From NCBI GenBank assembly GCA_965202805.1, contig OZ241869.1, positions 2,496,001 to 2,560,000 on the forward strand: a DNA stretch of 64,000 nucleotides. Reading direction: 5' to 3'. The stretch's first letter is position 1; every line of letters begins with the position of its first letter. The notes under the pieces were generated by a model, which had not been told where the DNA came from, did no database searches, and worked only from the letters and a program-made list of their open reading frames with translations. Shown here in pieces: positions 38,276-48,339 of this stretch. The DNA is from Longimicrobiales bacterium (GTDB lineage: Bacteria > Gemmatimonadota > Gemmatimonadetes > Longimicrobiales > Gaopeijiaceae). A program made the translations under genes and the position numbers.

Positions 38276-39849
38276 CAGCGCCCGACCGCCATCCCGTCCT
38301 TGCGCGGATCCGACCCCGCCGCCCATCCCCGTTCCAGACGCATCACCCCCTGGCCTCCCCCGAAGGAGGTGAGCGACGGATCGACCACGTGATGTCCCAT
38401 GAGCCCGAGCGCGACCCCGGTCACGCGGCTCAGTCCCTCGACCGCCACCTCGCGTCCGGCGGTGTGGCGAAAGCGGGGGGCTTCGATGGCGGCCTGCAGG
38501 TCCATGCTGAAGACGAGGAGGTTGAGCAGCACCTGAACATGCCCCTGGGGTTGCATGGATCCCCCCATGACGCCGAACGCCAGCCAGGGTTCCTCCCCCC
38601 GTGTCACGAAAGCCGGAATGATGGTGTGCAGGGGCTTCCTGCGGGGCGCCACCTGGTTCGGATGCCCTTCCTCGAAGCTGAAGCAGGCGCCGCGGTTCTG
38701 GAGCGCAAACCCGGTTCCCGGGATCACCACGCCCGAGCCGAACCCCTCGTAGAGGCTGTTGATGAACGACACCATGTTGCCGTGCTCGTCCGCCGTGCAC
38801 AGGTAGATGGTCTCGCTCTCCGGGACCGCGGCGCCCGGGTCCACCCGGTCGGCGGCCTCGCGCGTGTTCAGCAGCGCGCGGCGGGCGTTCACGTGGTCAT
38901 CGGCGAGCAGTGCCTGAGCCGGGATTCTCATGTGGTCCGGGTCGCCCACGTGGCCGGCGAGGTCGGCGAAGGCCAGCTTCTTGGCCTCGATGAGGTGATG
39001 GAGGTAGGCCGGGCTGTTGTGACCCATGACGCCGAGATCGAATCCCTCCAGGATGCGGAGCATCTCGAGCGCGGCGATCCCCTGTCCGGCCGGGGGAAGC
39101 TCCCACAGCGTGTGTCCCGCGAAGTCGGTGGAGAGCGGGGCCACCCAGCGCGGCTCGTGGCCGGCGAGGTCCTCGCGGGTCAGGAAACCACCCAAGCCCT
39201 CCAGCCCCTCCACCAGCCGCCGGCCGAGCGCGCCCGTGTAGAAGGCCTCCGCCCCCCCGCCCGCGACCCGGCGGAGGCTCGCGGCCAGCTCCGGCGACCG
39301 GAACCACTCCCCGGCGCGCGGGGCGCGTCGCCCGCCCACCAGGTAAGTCGCAGCCGCCCCACGGTCGCCGCGCAGCTTGTCGGCTGCGGCCGCCCACTGG
39401 CCGGCGATGATGGGGGTGACCGGAAAGCCCTCCTCCGCAACGCGGATGGCCGGCGCGAGCACTTCCGGGAAGGTCATCGCGCCGAACCGGTCCAGCAGGG
39501 CCGCCCACCCCGCGACCGCCCCCGGCACCGTCACCGATCCCGGCCCGCTCGCGGGCACGTCCTCCAGCCCCGCGGCCGCGATCGCCTCGCGCGACATGCC
39601 CGACCCCGACCGCCCGCTCGAGTCGAGCCCGACCAGCCGGCCCTCCGCCGCCGACCACAGCAGCGCGAACATGTCGCCGCCCATCCCCGTCATGTGCGGC
39701 TCGACCACGTTCAGCATGGCCGCGGCGGCGACGGCCGCATCGACCGCGTTCCCGCCCCGTTCCATCACCGAGAGCGCCGCCCAGCTGGCGAGCGGCTGGC
39801 TGGTGGCGGCGGCGCTTCTGGGCGCGTAGACGGCGGATCGGCCGGTCAC
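38275..39849 (-). CDS. ggt: Gamma-glutamyltransferase (cytoplasmic type)
   Basis: GGNAVDAA, nucleophile ET.Y, FGSG, P.HTIIP, GVMGG.MQPQGH, SDPRKDG. Confidence 0.92.
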   Translation of the reverse strand: MTGRSAVYAPRSAAATSQPLASWAALSVMERGGNAVDAAVAAAAMLNVVEPHMTGMGGDMFALLWSAAEGRLVGLDSSGRSGSGMSREAIAAAGLEDVPASGPGSVTVPGAVAGWAALLDRFGAMTFPEVLAPAIRVAEEGFPVTPIIAGQWAAAADKLRGDRGAAATYLVGGRRAPRAGEWFRSPELAASLRRVAGGGAEAFYTGALGRRLVEGLEGLGGFLTREDLAGHEPRWVAPLSTDFAGHTLWELPPAGQGIAALEMLRILEGFDLGVMGHNSPAYLHHLIEAKKLAFADLAGHVGDPDHMRIPAQALLADDHVNARRALLNTREAADRVDPGAAVPESETIYLCTADEHGNMVSFINSLYEGFGSGVVIPGTGFALQNRGACFSFEEGHPNQVAPRRKPLHTIIPAFVTRGEEPWLAFGVMGGSMQPQGHVQVLLNLLVFSMDLQAAIEAPRFRHTAGREVAVEGLSRVTGVALGLMGHHVVDPSLTSFGGGQGVMRLERGWAAGSDPRKDGMAVGR

Positions 39850-39982
39850 GGCCGCCCGCTCCGGTTCTGGTGTGGGCGCATGGGCCGCTCCCGGGCGTGG
39901 TTCGGCTGGCGCAAACGCGCGTGCCGCGCCAAGCTAGAGAGAGCGAACGGAGCCTGCCAGCCTCCCCCCGGCGGAACCCGGT

Positions 39983-40125
39983 CTGCCAAAATGGCAGTCC
40001 CGGCACGCCGAGTCGGCCAATATGTCAGGCCCGATTCGTGCATCTGGGCCCGACACCATGCATTTCGTCTGACATGGAAGGCGAGCAAACCGCCTGGAAG
40101 TCGGGGCGATCTGCCCTTCTGACAG
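39983..40125. promoter_or_regulatory. Three copies of the palindrome CTGnCA-N3-TGnCAG between divergent ggt and lon
   Basis: CTGCCAAAATGGCAG 39983-39997; CGGCCAATATGTCAG 40014-40028; CTGCCCTTCTGACAG 40111-40125. Confidence 0.55.
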
Positions 40126-40211
40126 GACATTCGCGTCGCGGGTCGCAGGTACGGCCGGCTTCGCGGGGCAGGCCACCTGACTCGCCGGGCAAACGATAAG
40201 GAGTCGGATCC

Positions 40212-42752
40212 GTGGGCGAACGTTACAGGCTACCCGTCCTTCCGCTGCGGGACACGGTGGTGTACCCGGGCGTGGCGGTGCCCATATCGGCCGGTCGACC
40301 CGGCACCATAGAGGCCGTTCAGGCTGCCCTCGAGGGAGACCGCAAGCTGCTTGCGGTGGCCCAGCGGGAGAACGTGGACAAGCCGACCCCCGAAGGGCTG
40401 TACGAGGTGGGCACGGTGGTGCGCATCATTCAGACCCACCGCGTGCGGGCGGGGATCCAGTTGCTCGTGCAGGGGGACAGGCGGGCACAGGTGCTCTCCT
40501 ACGAGAAGCGCGGCAAGACCATGCTCGCCGCCATCGTCCTGGACCTCGAGAGAATCCCGCCGCGCAGCGAAAAGGACCCCGCCTTCCAGGCCCTGGACCG
40601 CGAACTGCGCGATCGTGCGGCCGGGCTGGGAACCCGGCGCGGCGTCCCCGCCGAGTCCCTCAACCAGCTCATCCAGGGCGTGGACGAACCGGGCGCGTTC
40701 GCGGATCTGGTGGCCTTCTACCTGGACCTGCAAACCGCGGAGAAGCAGCGGCTGCTGGAGGTGCTGGACGACGAGGACCGCATGCGCCAGGCGCTTGTGG
40801 CGGTGGAGCGCGAGCTGGTGCGGCTCAGCGCGCAGGAGGAGATCCAGGCCCGGGTGCAGGAGGAGTTGGGAGAGCGCCAGCGCGAGATGCTCCTTCGCGA
40901 GCAGATGAAGCAGATCCGGCGCGAACTGGGCGACGAGGACGAAAAGGCCGAACTGGACGATCTGCGCGAGCGAATCGAGGCGCTTCGGCTCAACGACGAT
41001 GCTCGCACCGAGGTCCGGCGCGAGCTCAAGCGCCTGGGGAGGACGAATCCCCAGTCGGCGGAATACCAGGTCATCCGGACCTACCTCGAGTGGATCACGG
41101 AACTGCCCTGGGATGATCGCACCGAGGACAAGATCGACCTGGAAGCGGCAGCGGAGGTGCTCGCCGAAGACCACTACGGGCTGGAGGACGTCAAGGACCG
41201 CATCCTCGAGTTCCTCGCCGTGCGCAAGCTGCAGGCGGAGCGGGCGGCGGACGCGGAAGAAGCGGAAGGCGAGGATGCCGGAGAGGAGGAAGTTCTCCGG
41301 GAGGCCGAGGCCGGGGCCGCCCGGAACGGCTCCGGGACGGAGGACGAGCCGGCCGATACGCCGCCCGCGAGCGGCCAGGGGCCCATCCTGCTCTTCGTGG
41401 GGCCGCCCGGCGTCGGCAAGACCAGCATCGCGCAGTCCATTGCCCGCGCGATCGGACGCAAGTATGTGCGCATCTCGCTGGGCGGCGCGCGCGACGAAGC
41501 GGATATCCGGGGTCATCGACGCACATACGTGGGCGCGATGCCCGGCCGGATCATCCAGGGAATGCGCCAGGTGAAGTCGAAGAATCCCGTATTCCTGCTC
41601 GACGAGGTCGACAAGCTGGGCATCTCCTTCCAGGGCGATCCCAGCGCGGCCCTGCTCGAAGTGCTGGACCGGGCCCAGAACTGGACCTTCACCGACCACT
41701 ACCTGGGGGTCCCCTTCGACCTGTCGGAGGTGCTGTTCGTCGCGACCGCAAACTACTGGGACCGCATTCCGCCCCCGCTGCTCGACCGCATGGAGCGGGT
41801 CGACTTCAGCGGGTACACCGAGCAGGAGAAGCTGGAGATCGCCAGGCGTTACCTGCTGCCCAGGCAGCTGGAGGAGAACGGCCTGCTCGACGAGGAGATG
41901 GAGCTGGGTGACGAGGCGATCCTGAACGTGATCAGCGAGTACACGCGCGAGGCAGGCGTCCGCCAGCTGGAGCGCGAGATCGGAAAGCTGGCGCGCAAGG
42001 TAGCGCGCAGGATCGCCGGCGGCGGATGCGAGCAGATGGTCGTGGACCAGGATGTCGTGCGCGAACTTCTGGGTCGCCCGCGGGTGCACCCCGAGGTGAT
42101 GGCGGAGGAGGACCGGGTGGGCGTGGCCACCGGAATGTTCTACACACCTACCGGCGGCGATATCATGTTCGTAGAGGCCAGCGTCATGCCGGGGGACGGG
42201 AAGCTGGTGCTCACCGGGCAGTTGGGCGACGTGATGAAGGAATCGGGGCGGGCGGCGCTGACCTATGCCCGCAGCCATCACGAGAGCCTGGGGATGTCGG
42301 TCGAGGATGTGCTGGACAAGGAGGTGCACATCCACGTGCCGGCCGGCGCGGTGCCCAAGGACGGCCCCTCGGCCGGGATCACGATGGCGACCGCCCTGAT
42401 CTCGGCGCTGTCGGGGCGTCCGGTGAGGCGCGACGTGGCCATGACCGGCGAGCTGACGCTGACGGGAAGGGTGCTCCCCATCGGCGGCCTGAAGGAGAAG
42501 ATCCTGGGCGCCGTTCGCGCGGGCATCCAGGAGATCGTGCTCCCCGCCGACAATCATGCCGACCTCGAAGACCTCTCCGACGAGGTGCGCGCCGACCTGG
42601 TTCTGCACCTGGTTTCCGGTCTCGACGACGTCGCCCGGGTGGCGTTCGCGGGCGGGCTGGCACCGGAGGCGGATCCGGTCGAGGCCGCCGACCCGATGAC
42701 GCTGCTCACGTCCGGCGGCTCGTCCTCCGCGCCCGAGGTCGCGACGCACTGA
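40212..42752 (+). CDS. lon: Lon ATP-dependent protease (LonA)
   Basis: N-domain [41 protein letters not shown], catalytic Lys GGLKEK. Confidence 0.96.
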   Translation: MGERYRLPVLPLRDTVVYPGVAVPISAGRPGTIEAVQAALEGDRKLLAVAQRENVDKPTPEGLYEVGTVVRIIQTHRVRAGIQLLVQGDRRAQVLSYEKRGKTMLAAIVLDLERIPPRSEKDPAFQALDRELRDRAAGLGTRRGVPAESLNQLIQGVDEPGAFADLVAFYLDLQTAEKQRLLEVLDDEDRMRQALVAVERELVRLSAQEEIQARVQEELGERQREMLLREQMKQIRRELGDEDEKAELDDLRERIEALRLNDDARTEVRRELKRLGRTNPQSAEYQVIRTYLEWITELPWDDRTEDKIDLEAAAEVLAEDHYGLEDVKDRILEFLAVRKLQAERAADAEEAEGEDAGEEEVLREAEAGAARNGSGTEDEPADTPPASGQGPILLFVGPPGVGKTSIAQSIARAIGRKYVRISLGGARDEADIRGHRRTYVGAMPGRIIQGMRQVKSKNPVFLLDEVDKLGISFQGDPSAALLEVLDRAQNWTFTDHYLGVPFDLSEVLFVATANYWDRIPPPLLDRMERVDFSGYTEQEKLEIARRYLLPRQLEENGLLDEEMELGDEAILNVISEYTREAGVRQLEREIGKLARKVARRIAGGGCEQMVVDQDVVRELLGRPRVHPEVMAEEDRVGVATGMFYTPTGGDIMFVEASVMPGDGKLVLTGQLGDVMKESGRAALTYARSHHESLGMSVEDVLDKEVHIHVPAGAVPKDGPSAGITMATALISALSGRPVRRDVAMTGELTLTGRVLPIGGLKEKILGAVRAGIQEIVLPADNHADLEDLSDEVRADLVLHLVSGLDDVARVAFAGGLAPEADPVEAADPMTLLTSGGSSSAPEVATH

Positions 42753-42787
42753 CCTCGCCGACCCTCGAGGTCGCCCCGGGCGCCGTG

Positions 42788-43885
42788 ATGGGACGGCACC
42801 ACGGGCGGCCGGCGGCCCGTCACTACGGACGGCCCGACCTGGAGTACCGGGCCGCAGTGGACTCCGCGGCCGTCCTCGACCGGTCGCACCGCAGCCGGCT
42901 GGCCGTGTCGGGCCGGGCGCCGGTGCGCATGCTCGGCGGCGTGATCACCAACAGCGTCCCGCCACCCCCCGAGCCGACCTCCTCCGGGCTGCTCGCGGGG
43001 CGCACGGCCTACAGCACCGTGCTCATCCCCAAGGGACGCATGGTCACGGACCTGGTCGTCGCCTGGCGGGGCACGCGCGAGGACCGCCACGGCCTCTGGC
43101 TGCACCTGCCGGCCGCCGGGCACGCACCCCTCGTCGCCCATCTGCGCAAGTTCCTGCCGCCCCGGTTCGCCTTCGTCGACGACGTCACCGAGGCGACCGG
43201 CACACTCACCGTCGCCGGCCCGGCCGGGGCCGGCCTGATCGAGACCGCCCTCGGGATCGCCCCCGGCGCACTCTCCGCCCTCGAAGAAGACGGCTGCCTG
43301 CTCACCGGCCCGGCGCCGGACGGCTTGCTGGTCGCGCGCCTGGGCGAGGTGCGGCTGCCCGCCTTCGACGTCCTGGGTGGCCGGGCTCCGCTCGAACGGC
43401 TGGGCGCCGAGCTGGTCCGCCTGGGCGCGGTGCCGACCGGCATGGGCGTCTTCGAGACGCTGCGCATCGAGGCGGGCCGGCCCGAGTTCGGCCTGGACAT
43501 GGACGACCGCACCATCCCCACCGAAGCGGGCATCGACGATCGCGCGATCGACCACGGCAAGGGCTGCTACACGGGGCAGGAGGTGATCGTGCGCATCCGC
43601 GACCGGGGCCACGTCAACCGGCACCTGCGCGGCCTCCTGCTCGGCGATGCCGCCACCCCCGCGCCCGGGACGCCTCTGTACACGGGAGCGCGCGCCAGGC
43701 CGGTCGGGCAGATCACCAGCGCCGCCATGTCGCCCGCCTTCGGGCAGACCATCGCGCTGGGGTTCGTGCGCCGGGAGGTCATCCCCCCCGCCGAAGTTCG
43801 GCTGGGAAACCCGGACGGGCCGCCGGTGGGCGTGCGCGTGGTCGGGGAAGGCGGCTGGGAGCTTCAGCCGGGCGATCTGAGCTGA
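42788..43885 (+). CDS. YgfZ/GcvT family folate-binding protein (start uncertain)
   Basis: KGCYTGQE signature; LRIEAGRP. Confidence 0.85.
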   Translation: MGRHHGRPAARHYGRPDLEYRAAVDSAAVLDRSHRSRLAVSGRAPVRMLGGVITNSVPPPPEPTSSGLLAGRTAYSTVLIPKGRMVTDLVVAWRGTREDRHGLWLHLPAAGHAPLVAHLRKFLPPRFAFVDDVTEATGTLTVAGPAGAGLIETALGIAPGALSALEEDGCLLTGPAPDGLLVARLGEVRLPAFDVLGGRAPLERLGAELVRLGAVPTGMGVFETLRIEAGRPEFGLDMDDRTIPTEAGIDDRAIDHGKGCYTGQEVIVRIRDRGHVNRHLRGLLLGDAATPAPGTPLYTGARARPVGQITSAAMSPAFGQTIALGFVRREVIPPAEVRLGNPDGPPVGVRVVGEGGWELQPGDLS

Positions 43886-44013
43886 GGAGGTGCCGCGACC
43901 ACGGTGTGCCCGAGCCCACCACCGACTCCCAGACCTCGAACCAACCTTGACAGCGGGCGACCCGCACCGCAGCCGCCTCGGACGCCTCCCGCACGGGCTA
44001 CGCCAAGCGTGGG

Positions 44014-44031
44014 GTTGACATATATGTTAAC
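44014..44031. promoter_or_regulatory. Near-perfect palindrome GTTGACATATATGTTAAC containing TTGACA; probable TA autoregulatory operator/promoter
   Basis: 18-bp AT-rich inverted repeat with one mismatched pair, 46 bp upstream of the toxin ORF. Confidence 0.7.
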
Positions 44032-44077
44032 ATCGTTCCACGAGTGATGTTCGGAGTGCGGGCACGCTAGACCGGCA

Positions 44078-44446
44078 ATGGAACCACCCGAGTATGCGGG
44101 AAGCAGGCTTACTATCAGGTGCATGGAGCAGACAAGCGGACGGTCGCCCGCACGCGAGTTCCTCCAAGCGCTGCCGGACAGGGAACGCCTGCGTGTGACT
44201 CTCATCATCAAGCAGTTGGGGGATCGAGGGTTCCTCACGAACGACACCAAGTTCAAGAAGCTCCGAGGCACGGACGGCATCTGGGAGATCAGGAGCGGTC
44301 GGAACAGGGTATTTTGCTTCTTCGCCCCCGGTCAGCTGATCCTCGCGCTGGGGACGGTGAAGAAGTCCGCGAAGGCCAAGCGGACGGACATAGAGAGGGC
44401 GATCAGGATGAGAGCCCAATTCAACGAGAGAACGAGAGAACGCTGA
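44078..44446 (+). CDS. RelE/HigB-like (Gp49-type) toxin
   Basis: SP.REFL..L, KKL.G.DGIWEIR...NRVF.F, L....KK...DIERA. Confidence 0.8.
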   Translation: MEPPEYAGSRLTIRCMEQTSGRSPAREFLQALPDRERLRVTLIIKQLGDRGFLTNDTKFKKLRGTDGIWEIRSGRNRVFCFFAPGQLILALGTVKKSAKAKRTDIERAIRMRAQFNERTRER

Positions 44447-44901
44447 TGGAGACCGCCACAGCCTGGGTGCGCCGCAAGTCCGAGGATCCGTCGTTTCGCC
44501 AGCTGTACGAGGAGGAGCGGCTCATCCTGGAAGCGGCGGAGGAGATTGCGGCTGTCATGGCCGAGCACGGCCTCACCCGGGCGAACCTCGCCGAGCGGAT
44601 CGGCAGCAGCCGGGCAAATGTCACCCGGCTTCTGAGCGGGTCGCGCAACATGACCCTGCGAAGCCTCGCGAAGCTCGCCCACGCATGCGGCCATCGGGCA
44701 GAGGTGCAGTTGGCCGAACTCCACGACGAGGTGTTCGTGCCGGTGGGAAACTCGGTGACCCAAGTTGCGGCTGCCAGACGGGTCCCTGTCCCGGTGTTCA
44801 GGTCGTCGGACGGTGATCAGCGCACGATGGATCTGCCGCCCGCCGTCGCCGCCCATGTGCCTCGTAAGGCGCGCACGGGCGCAATCGCTCTAGCCGCCTA
44901 A
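44446..44901 (+). CDS. HigA-like XRE-HTH antitoxin with C-terminal extension
   Basis: TGATG coupling; LTRANLAERIGSSRANVTRLLSG.RNMTL HTH; about 60-aa tail ending AIALAA. Confidence 0.8.
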   Translation: METATAWVRRKSEDPSFRQLYEEERLILEAAEEIAAVMAEHGLTRANLAERIGSSRANVTRLLSGSRNMTLRSLAKLAHACGHRAEVQLAELHDEVFVPVGNSVTQVAAARRVPVPVFRSSDGDQRTMDLPPAVAAHVPRKARTGAIALAA

Positions 44902-44905
44902 GGGG

Positions 44906-45388
44906 GTGAGCGTGTCCACCACCCTCGACCTCGCGAGCCTTGTGGCCCGTGACGTGCAGATCGAGTCGGTCACTCTCGTCGGCGTCCGCATGGACGCGAC
45001 CGGAGAGTACGATGGACAACTGCTCCTGTCGAACCGATACCGTTGCAGGCACCGGCTGCACTCCGCGGAACCCGACCGGCTGCGCGTCTACGTCGACCTG
45101 CATTTCGATGCCTCCCCGGATGGAACGCCGTCGGAGGAGTCTAAGTCGCAGGTGGACCTGTCGGCGACCTTCCTCGCGACCTACGCCCTGAAGGACGCGG
45201 CCAAGTACTCCGCAGAGGCGTTTAAGCACTTTGCGGACCTGAACGGAACCTTCAACGTCTGGCCCTACTGGCGGGAACTGGTCCAGAGCATGACCGGACG
45301 GGCGGGCCTGGGCGGCATCACTGTGCCGGTGTTCAGGCCCAGCATCGAGGAAGTCAGCTTAGAGAACGAGTCGCCGGTTGGGGAGTGA
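44906..45388 (+). CDS. SecB-like chaperone (TAC third component)
   Basis: LSATF.ATY...F...NG.FNVWPYWRELVQSMT.R.GL..ITVP matches the SecB C-terminal pattern. Confidence 0.75.
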   Translation: MSVSTTLDLASLVARDVQIESVTLVGVRMDATGEYDGQLLLSNRYRCRHRLHSAEPDRLRVYVDLHFDASPDGTPSEESKSQVDLSATFLATYALKDAAKYSAEAFKHFADLNGTFNVWPYWRELVQSMTGRAGLGGITVPVFRPSIEEVSLENESPVGE

Positions 45389-45394
45389 TTCCCC

Positions 45395-45715
45395 CTCACG
45401 CCATCGCCACCTCGAGCCGTCTCCTTCCGCTTCTGCCTGCCGGGCATCATCCGGCTCGGCAGGCGGTGGAACCCCGAGCCGTGGTTCGGCGCGGCCATGT
45501 GGCAGAACTCGTGTGCGATCACGTAGTCGATCGCATCCGGCGGGGCCTCGATGAGGCGGCGGTTGAGGAGCAGGCCACCCGCTGGCGAGAGCGACCCCCA
45601 CCGGTTCTTCATCCGCCGCACGATGAGCCCGGCGGGACAGAATCGGTCCGCGTCTGGGAAGAGGCCCAACACGGCCTCCAGCCGTTCGGCTTGGGACTCG
45701 CCTGCGAGCTCCTCC
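45395..45715 (-). pseudogene. Truncated YgjP/DUF45 (M48-like) metalloprotease fragment
   Basis: R.MKNRWGS...LN..LI.AP...IDYVIAHEFCH..NH...F; N-terminal part missing, degenerate end; boundaries approximate. Confidence 0.65.
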
Positions 45716-46753
45716 TCAGCCGTCTCGCGAAGTCTTGAAGTGTTCCACGATCAGGCCGCCGTGGAAGCGCCCGTTCTCGATGAAGATCTTGTTGGCGTCG
45801 TGGCCCGCGGCAAGCACGCCCGCGATGTAGATGCCGGGCGTGTTGGTCTCCATGGTGGCGCGGTCGTGACCGGGAATGCCGGTTTCTCCATCGATTTCGA
45901 CGCCTACGCTCTTCAGCAGCCGCGGTGAAGCCCGCCAGCCGGTCATCGCGAAGACCCAGTCGTTGGCGAGCTCGGTGATCTCGCCCGTCTCCAGATGCTC
46001 CAGTACGACGCTGCCTTGCCGGATCTCCGCGACCCGTGTCGTGAAGTGGGTCGCGATCTCCCCGAACCTGATCCGGTTGGTGATGTCCGGAACCACCCAC
46101 GGCTTCACGCCCTGGTCGATGCCGTCGAAGATGTGGACCAGCGTGACCCGCGCATGGGCCCGGAAGAGCTCCAGCGCGGCCTCCACCGCGGAGTTCCGCC
46201 CCCCCACCACGAGCACGTCCTGGTCGTAGTAGGGATCGGGCTCCCGGTAGTAGTGGTGCACCTTGGGCAGGTCCTCTCCCGGAACACCCAGGTAGTTGGG
46301 CTCGTGGAAGCTCCCGGTCGCGATCACCACGGCGCGGGCGCGGTGGCTTGCGCGGGCACCGTCGCGGCGGCGCGTGCGCAGCAGGAAGTCACCCCTGCGG
46401 CCCTCGATCGCCAGGACCTCCTCGTGCTGGCGGACATCCAGCCCGAAATGCCGCACGACGCGCCGGTAGTAGACGAGCGCGTCCCGGCGCGACGGCTTGC
46501 CGGACGCCAGAATGAAGGGCACGCCCTCGATCTCCAGCTTCTCCGCCGTGGAGAAGAAGGTCATGTAGGGCGGATAGTGGATGATCGATTCGGTGATGAA
46601 CCCGCGGTCGAAGACGGTGGCCGAAACCCCTCCGACCCTGGCCGCGCTCGCCGCCGCCAGGCCGCAGGGCCCCGCACCCACAATCGCCAGGTCGACGGGC
46701 TCGCCTTCGCTGGCCATCCCGCCCCGGGCGGAAAGCGCTTCGATATCGGACAT
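45716..46753 (-). CDS. ypdA: YpdA family putative bacillithiol disulfide reductase
   Basis: GAGPCG, FFST.EKLEI, HYY.EP.PY, GG.NSA, VKPWV.PD..NR, IFIENGRFHG. Confidence 0.85.
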   Translation of the reverse strand: MSDIEALSARGGMASEGEPVDLAIVGAGPCGLAAASAARVGGVSATVFDRGFITESIIHYPPYMTFFSTAEKLEIEGVPFILASGKPSRRDALVYYRRVVRHFGLDVRQHEEVLAIEGRRGDFLLRTRRRDGARASHRARAVVIATGSFHEPNYLGVPGEDLPKVHHYYREPDPYYDQDVLVVGGRNSAVEAALELFRAHARVTLVHIFDGIDQGVKPWVVPDITNRIRFGEIATHFTTRVAEIRQGSVVLEHLETGEITELANDWVFAMTGWRASPRLLKSVGVEIDGETGIPGHDRATMETNTPGIYIAGVLAAGHDANKIFIENGRFHGGLIVEHFKTSRDG

Positions 46754-46795
46754 CTTCCTTGCGTCGTCGGTTTTCGCGGCGCGGAACCGGGAAAC

Positions 46796-46832
46796 ATCTA
46801 CGCTCTGAACCTATTGATCTACGCTCTGAACC
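46796..46832. repeat. Perfect 16-bp direct repeat ATCTACGCTCTGAACC, period 21 bp
   Basis: Copies at 46796-46811 and 46817-46832 in a divergent intergenic region. Confidence 0.9.
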
Positions 46833-46963
46833 CATAGCTACAGAGGCGCATGTCCGGCTGATCCCCGAGACGAACGCCCGGGGACGGCCCCCGGTGCGGG
46901 AACGCCGCCGCGGCTGGAGCGTACCGTTGGAGCACCTTCCACATCCTCAGGGAGCGTCGACAG

Positions 46964-47236
46964 ATGGCACAGGCCGAAGCGGAGGCGCGCAGAGCCGCGA
47001 ATCGACTGCGGAGGGCGCTGGAGAAGTCGCACCGGGAAATCGACGCGCTGGAAGGGGCGCTCTCCAGAGCCGAGGGCGACGACTTCCCGGCGCACGCCTA
47101 CGAAGAAGCCCGCGGACGGATCGATCGGGTGGTGGAATTCGTGGAAGAGGAGTCCCGCCGGCTCCAGCACAAGATCCTGGTGGCAGGAGGTCTCGAGCCC
47201 GGACGGGTTCGACGTGCCTCTTCCCGGGATGGATGA
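46964..47236 (+). CDS. Small helical hypothetical protein
   Basis: 90 aa coiled-coil-like; GGAG RBS; ATGA overlap with the luxE-like gene. Confidence 0.65.
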   Translation: MAQAEAEARRAANRLRRALEKSHREIDALEGALSRAEGDDFPAHAYEEARGRIDRVVEFVEEESRRLQHKILVAGGLEPGRVRRASSRDG

Positions 47237-48339
47237 ACGGCTACGCGCTCCGTGACGATCTGATCGGCGTCATGGGAGCGGGGGTCGCCACGCCCCTGTC
47301 CGACGCGGATTTCGACGACCTCGCGCGCCGTGTCTCCGAACACCAGTGGCAACGCAACCCGGTATTCGCCCGCTTCTGCGCGGCGCGCGGAGTCCAGCCG
47401 GGTTCATGGTCCTCGTGGCGCGCCCTCCCTCCCGTGCCCGCGCGTGCATTCCGGGAGCGCGGCCTCGTGTCCCGGGGGCCCTGCGAGGCGATCTTTCGAA
47501 CCAGCGGAACCACGGGCGGCGGGGCGGAGCGCGGAGAGCACCGCATCCCCGACCTGTCGCTCTACCACGCCTCGCTGCTCCCCAACTTCGAAGCGCATCT
47601 GCTTCCCGACGGCGCACGCCTGCCCATGGTCTCGCTCATACCGCCTCCGCGCGAGGTTCCGGATTCCTCGCTCAGCCACATGATCGGCGTCGTGGAGGAC
47701 GAGCTCGCGGGCGAGACCGGCTATTTAGTCGGAGGGGACGGGAGTTTGGACGAGCGCGGGCTGCGATCCGCTCTTCGCGACGCGGAGGGAGCAGGAGATC
47801 CGGTCCTGGTGGTCGGGACCGCCTTTGCCTTCGTGCACCTGCTGGATGCCTTGACCGCGGACGGGACCCGCTTTCGGCTGCCGGCCGGCTCGCGGGTGAT
47901 GGAGACGGGAGGCTTCAAGGGACGCACCCGCGCCGTTCCCCGTGCGGAACTCTACGAGGGCATCCACCGCCGACTCGGCATTCCGCCGCGCCGGATCGTG
48001 AACGAATACGGCATGACGGAACTGCTCTCGCAGTTCTACGAGCCGGTGCTCACGGAGGGAGCGCGTCTGCATCGCCCGCCACCGTGGGTGCGCACGCGTG
48101 TGCTCGACCCGGCGACCCTCGAGACGCTTCCGCCGGGGCGCGAGGGGCTGCTGTGCCACTTCGACCTCGCCAACCTGGGATCGGTGTGCTGCCTGCTCAC
48201 CGAGGACCTGGGCGTAGAGCCCCCGCAGGCCGAAGGAAACGGCTTTCGCGTGCTGGGCCGGAATCCAGGAGCGGAGCCGCGCGGGTGCTCGCTGGCGATG
48301 GACGACCTCATGACCGCCGTCCGCGGCCCGGGGCGATGA
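47233..48339 (+). CDS. luxE: LuxE-family acyl-protein synthetase
   Basis: F.TSGTT, METGGFKGR, EYGMTELLSQ.Y, DLAN..S...TEDLG, C-terminal RGCS. Confidence 0.82.
   Translation: MNGYALRDDLIGVMGAGVATPLSDADFDDLARRVSEHQWQRNPVFARFCAARGVQPGSWSSWRALPPVPARAFRERGLVSRGPCEAIFRTSGTTGGGAERGEHRIPDLSLYHASLLPNFEAHLLPDGARLPMVSLIPPPREVPDSSLSHMIGVVEDELAGETGYLVGGDGSLDERGLRSALRDAEGAGDPVLVVGTAFAFVHLLDALTADGTRFRLPAGSRVMETGGFKGRTRAVPRAELYEGIHRRLGIPPRRIVNEYGMTELLSQFYEPVLTEGARLHRPPPWVRTRVLDPATLETLPPGREGLLCHFDLANLGSVCCLLTEDLGVEPPQAEGNGFRVLGRNPGAEPRGCSLAMDDLMTAVRGPGR

Noticed and set aside
41240..41380. Acidic low-complexity insert in Lon before Walker A
   Set aside because: Variable-length linker, commonly seen at this position in LonA proteins
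43882..43950. Short peptide LRRCRDHGVPEP resembling a fragment of an ATP-binding regulator at the TAC island edge
   Set aside because: Too short to support without a search
46796..46832. Direct repeat as a mini-CRISPR
   Set aside because: Only two 16-bp copies with a 5-bp gap and no cas genes
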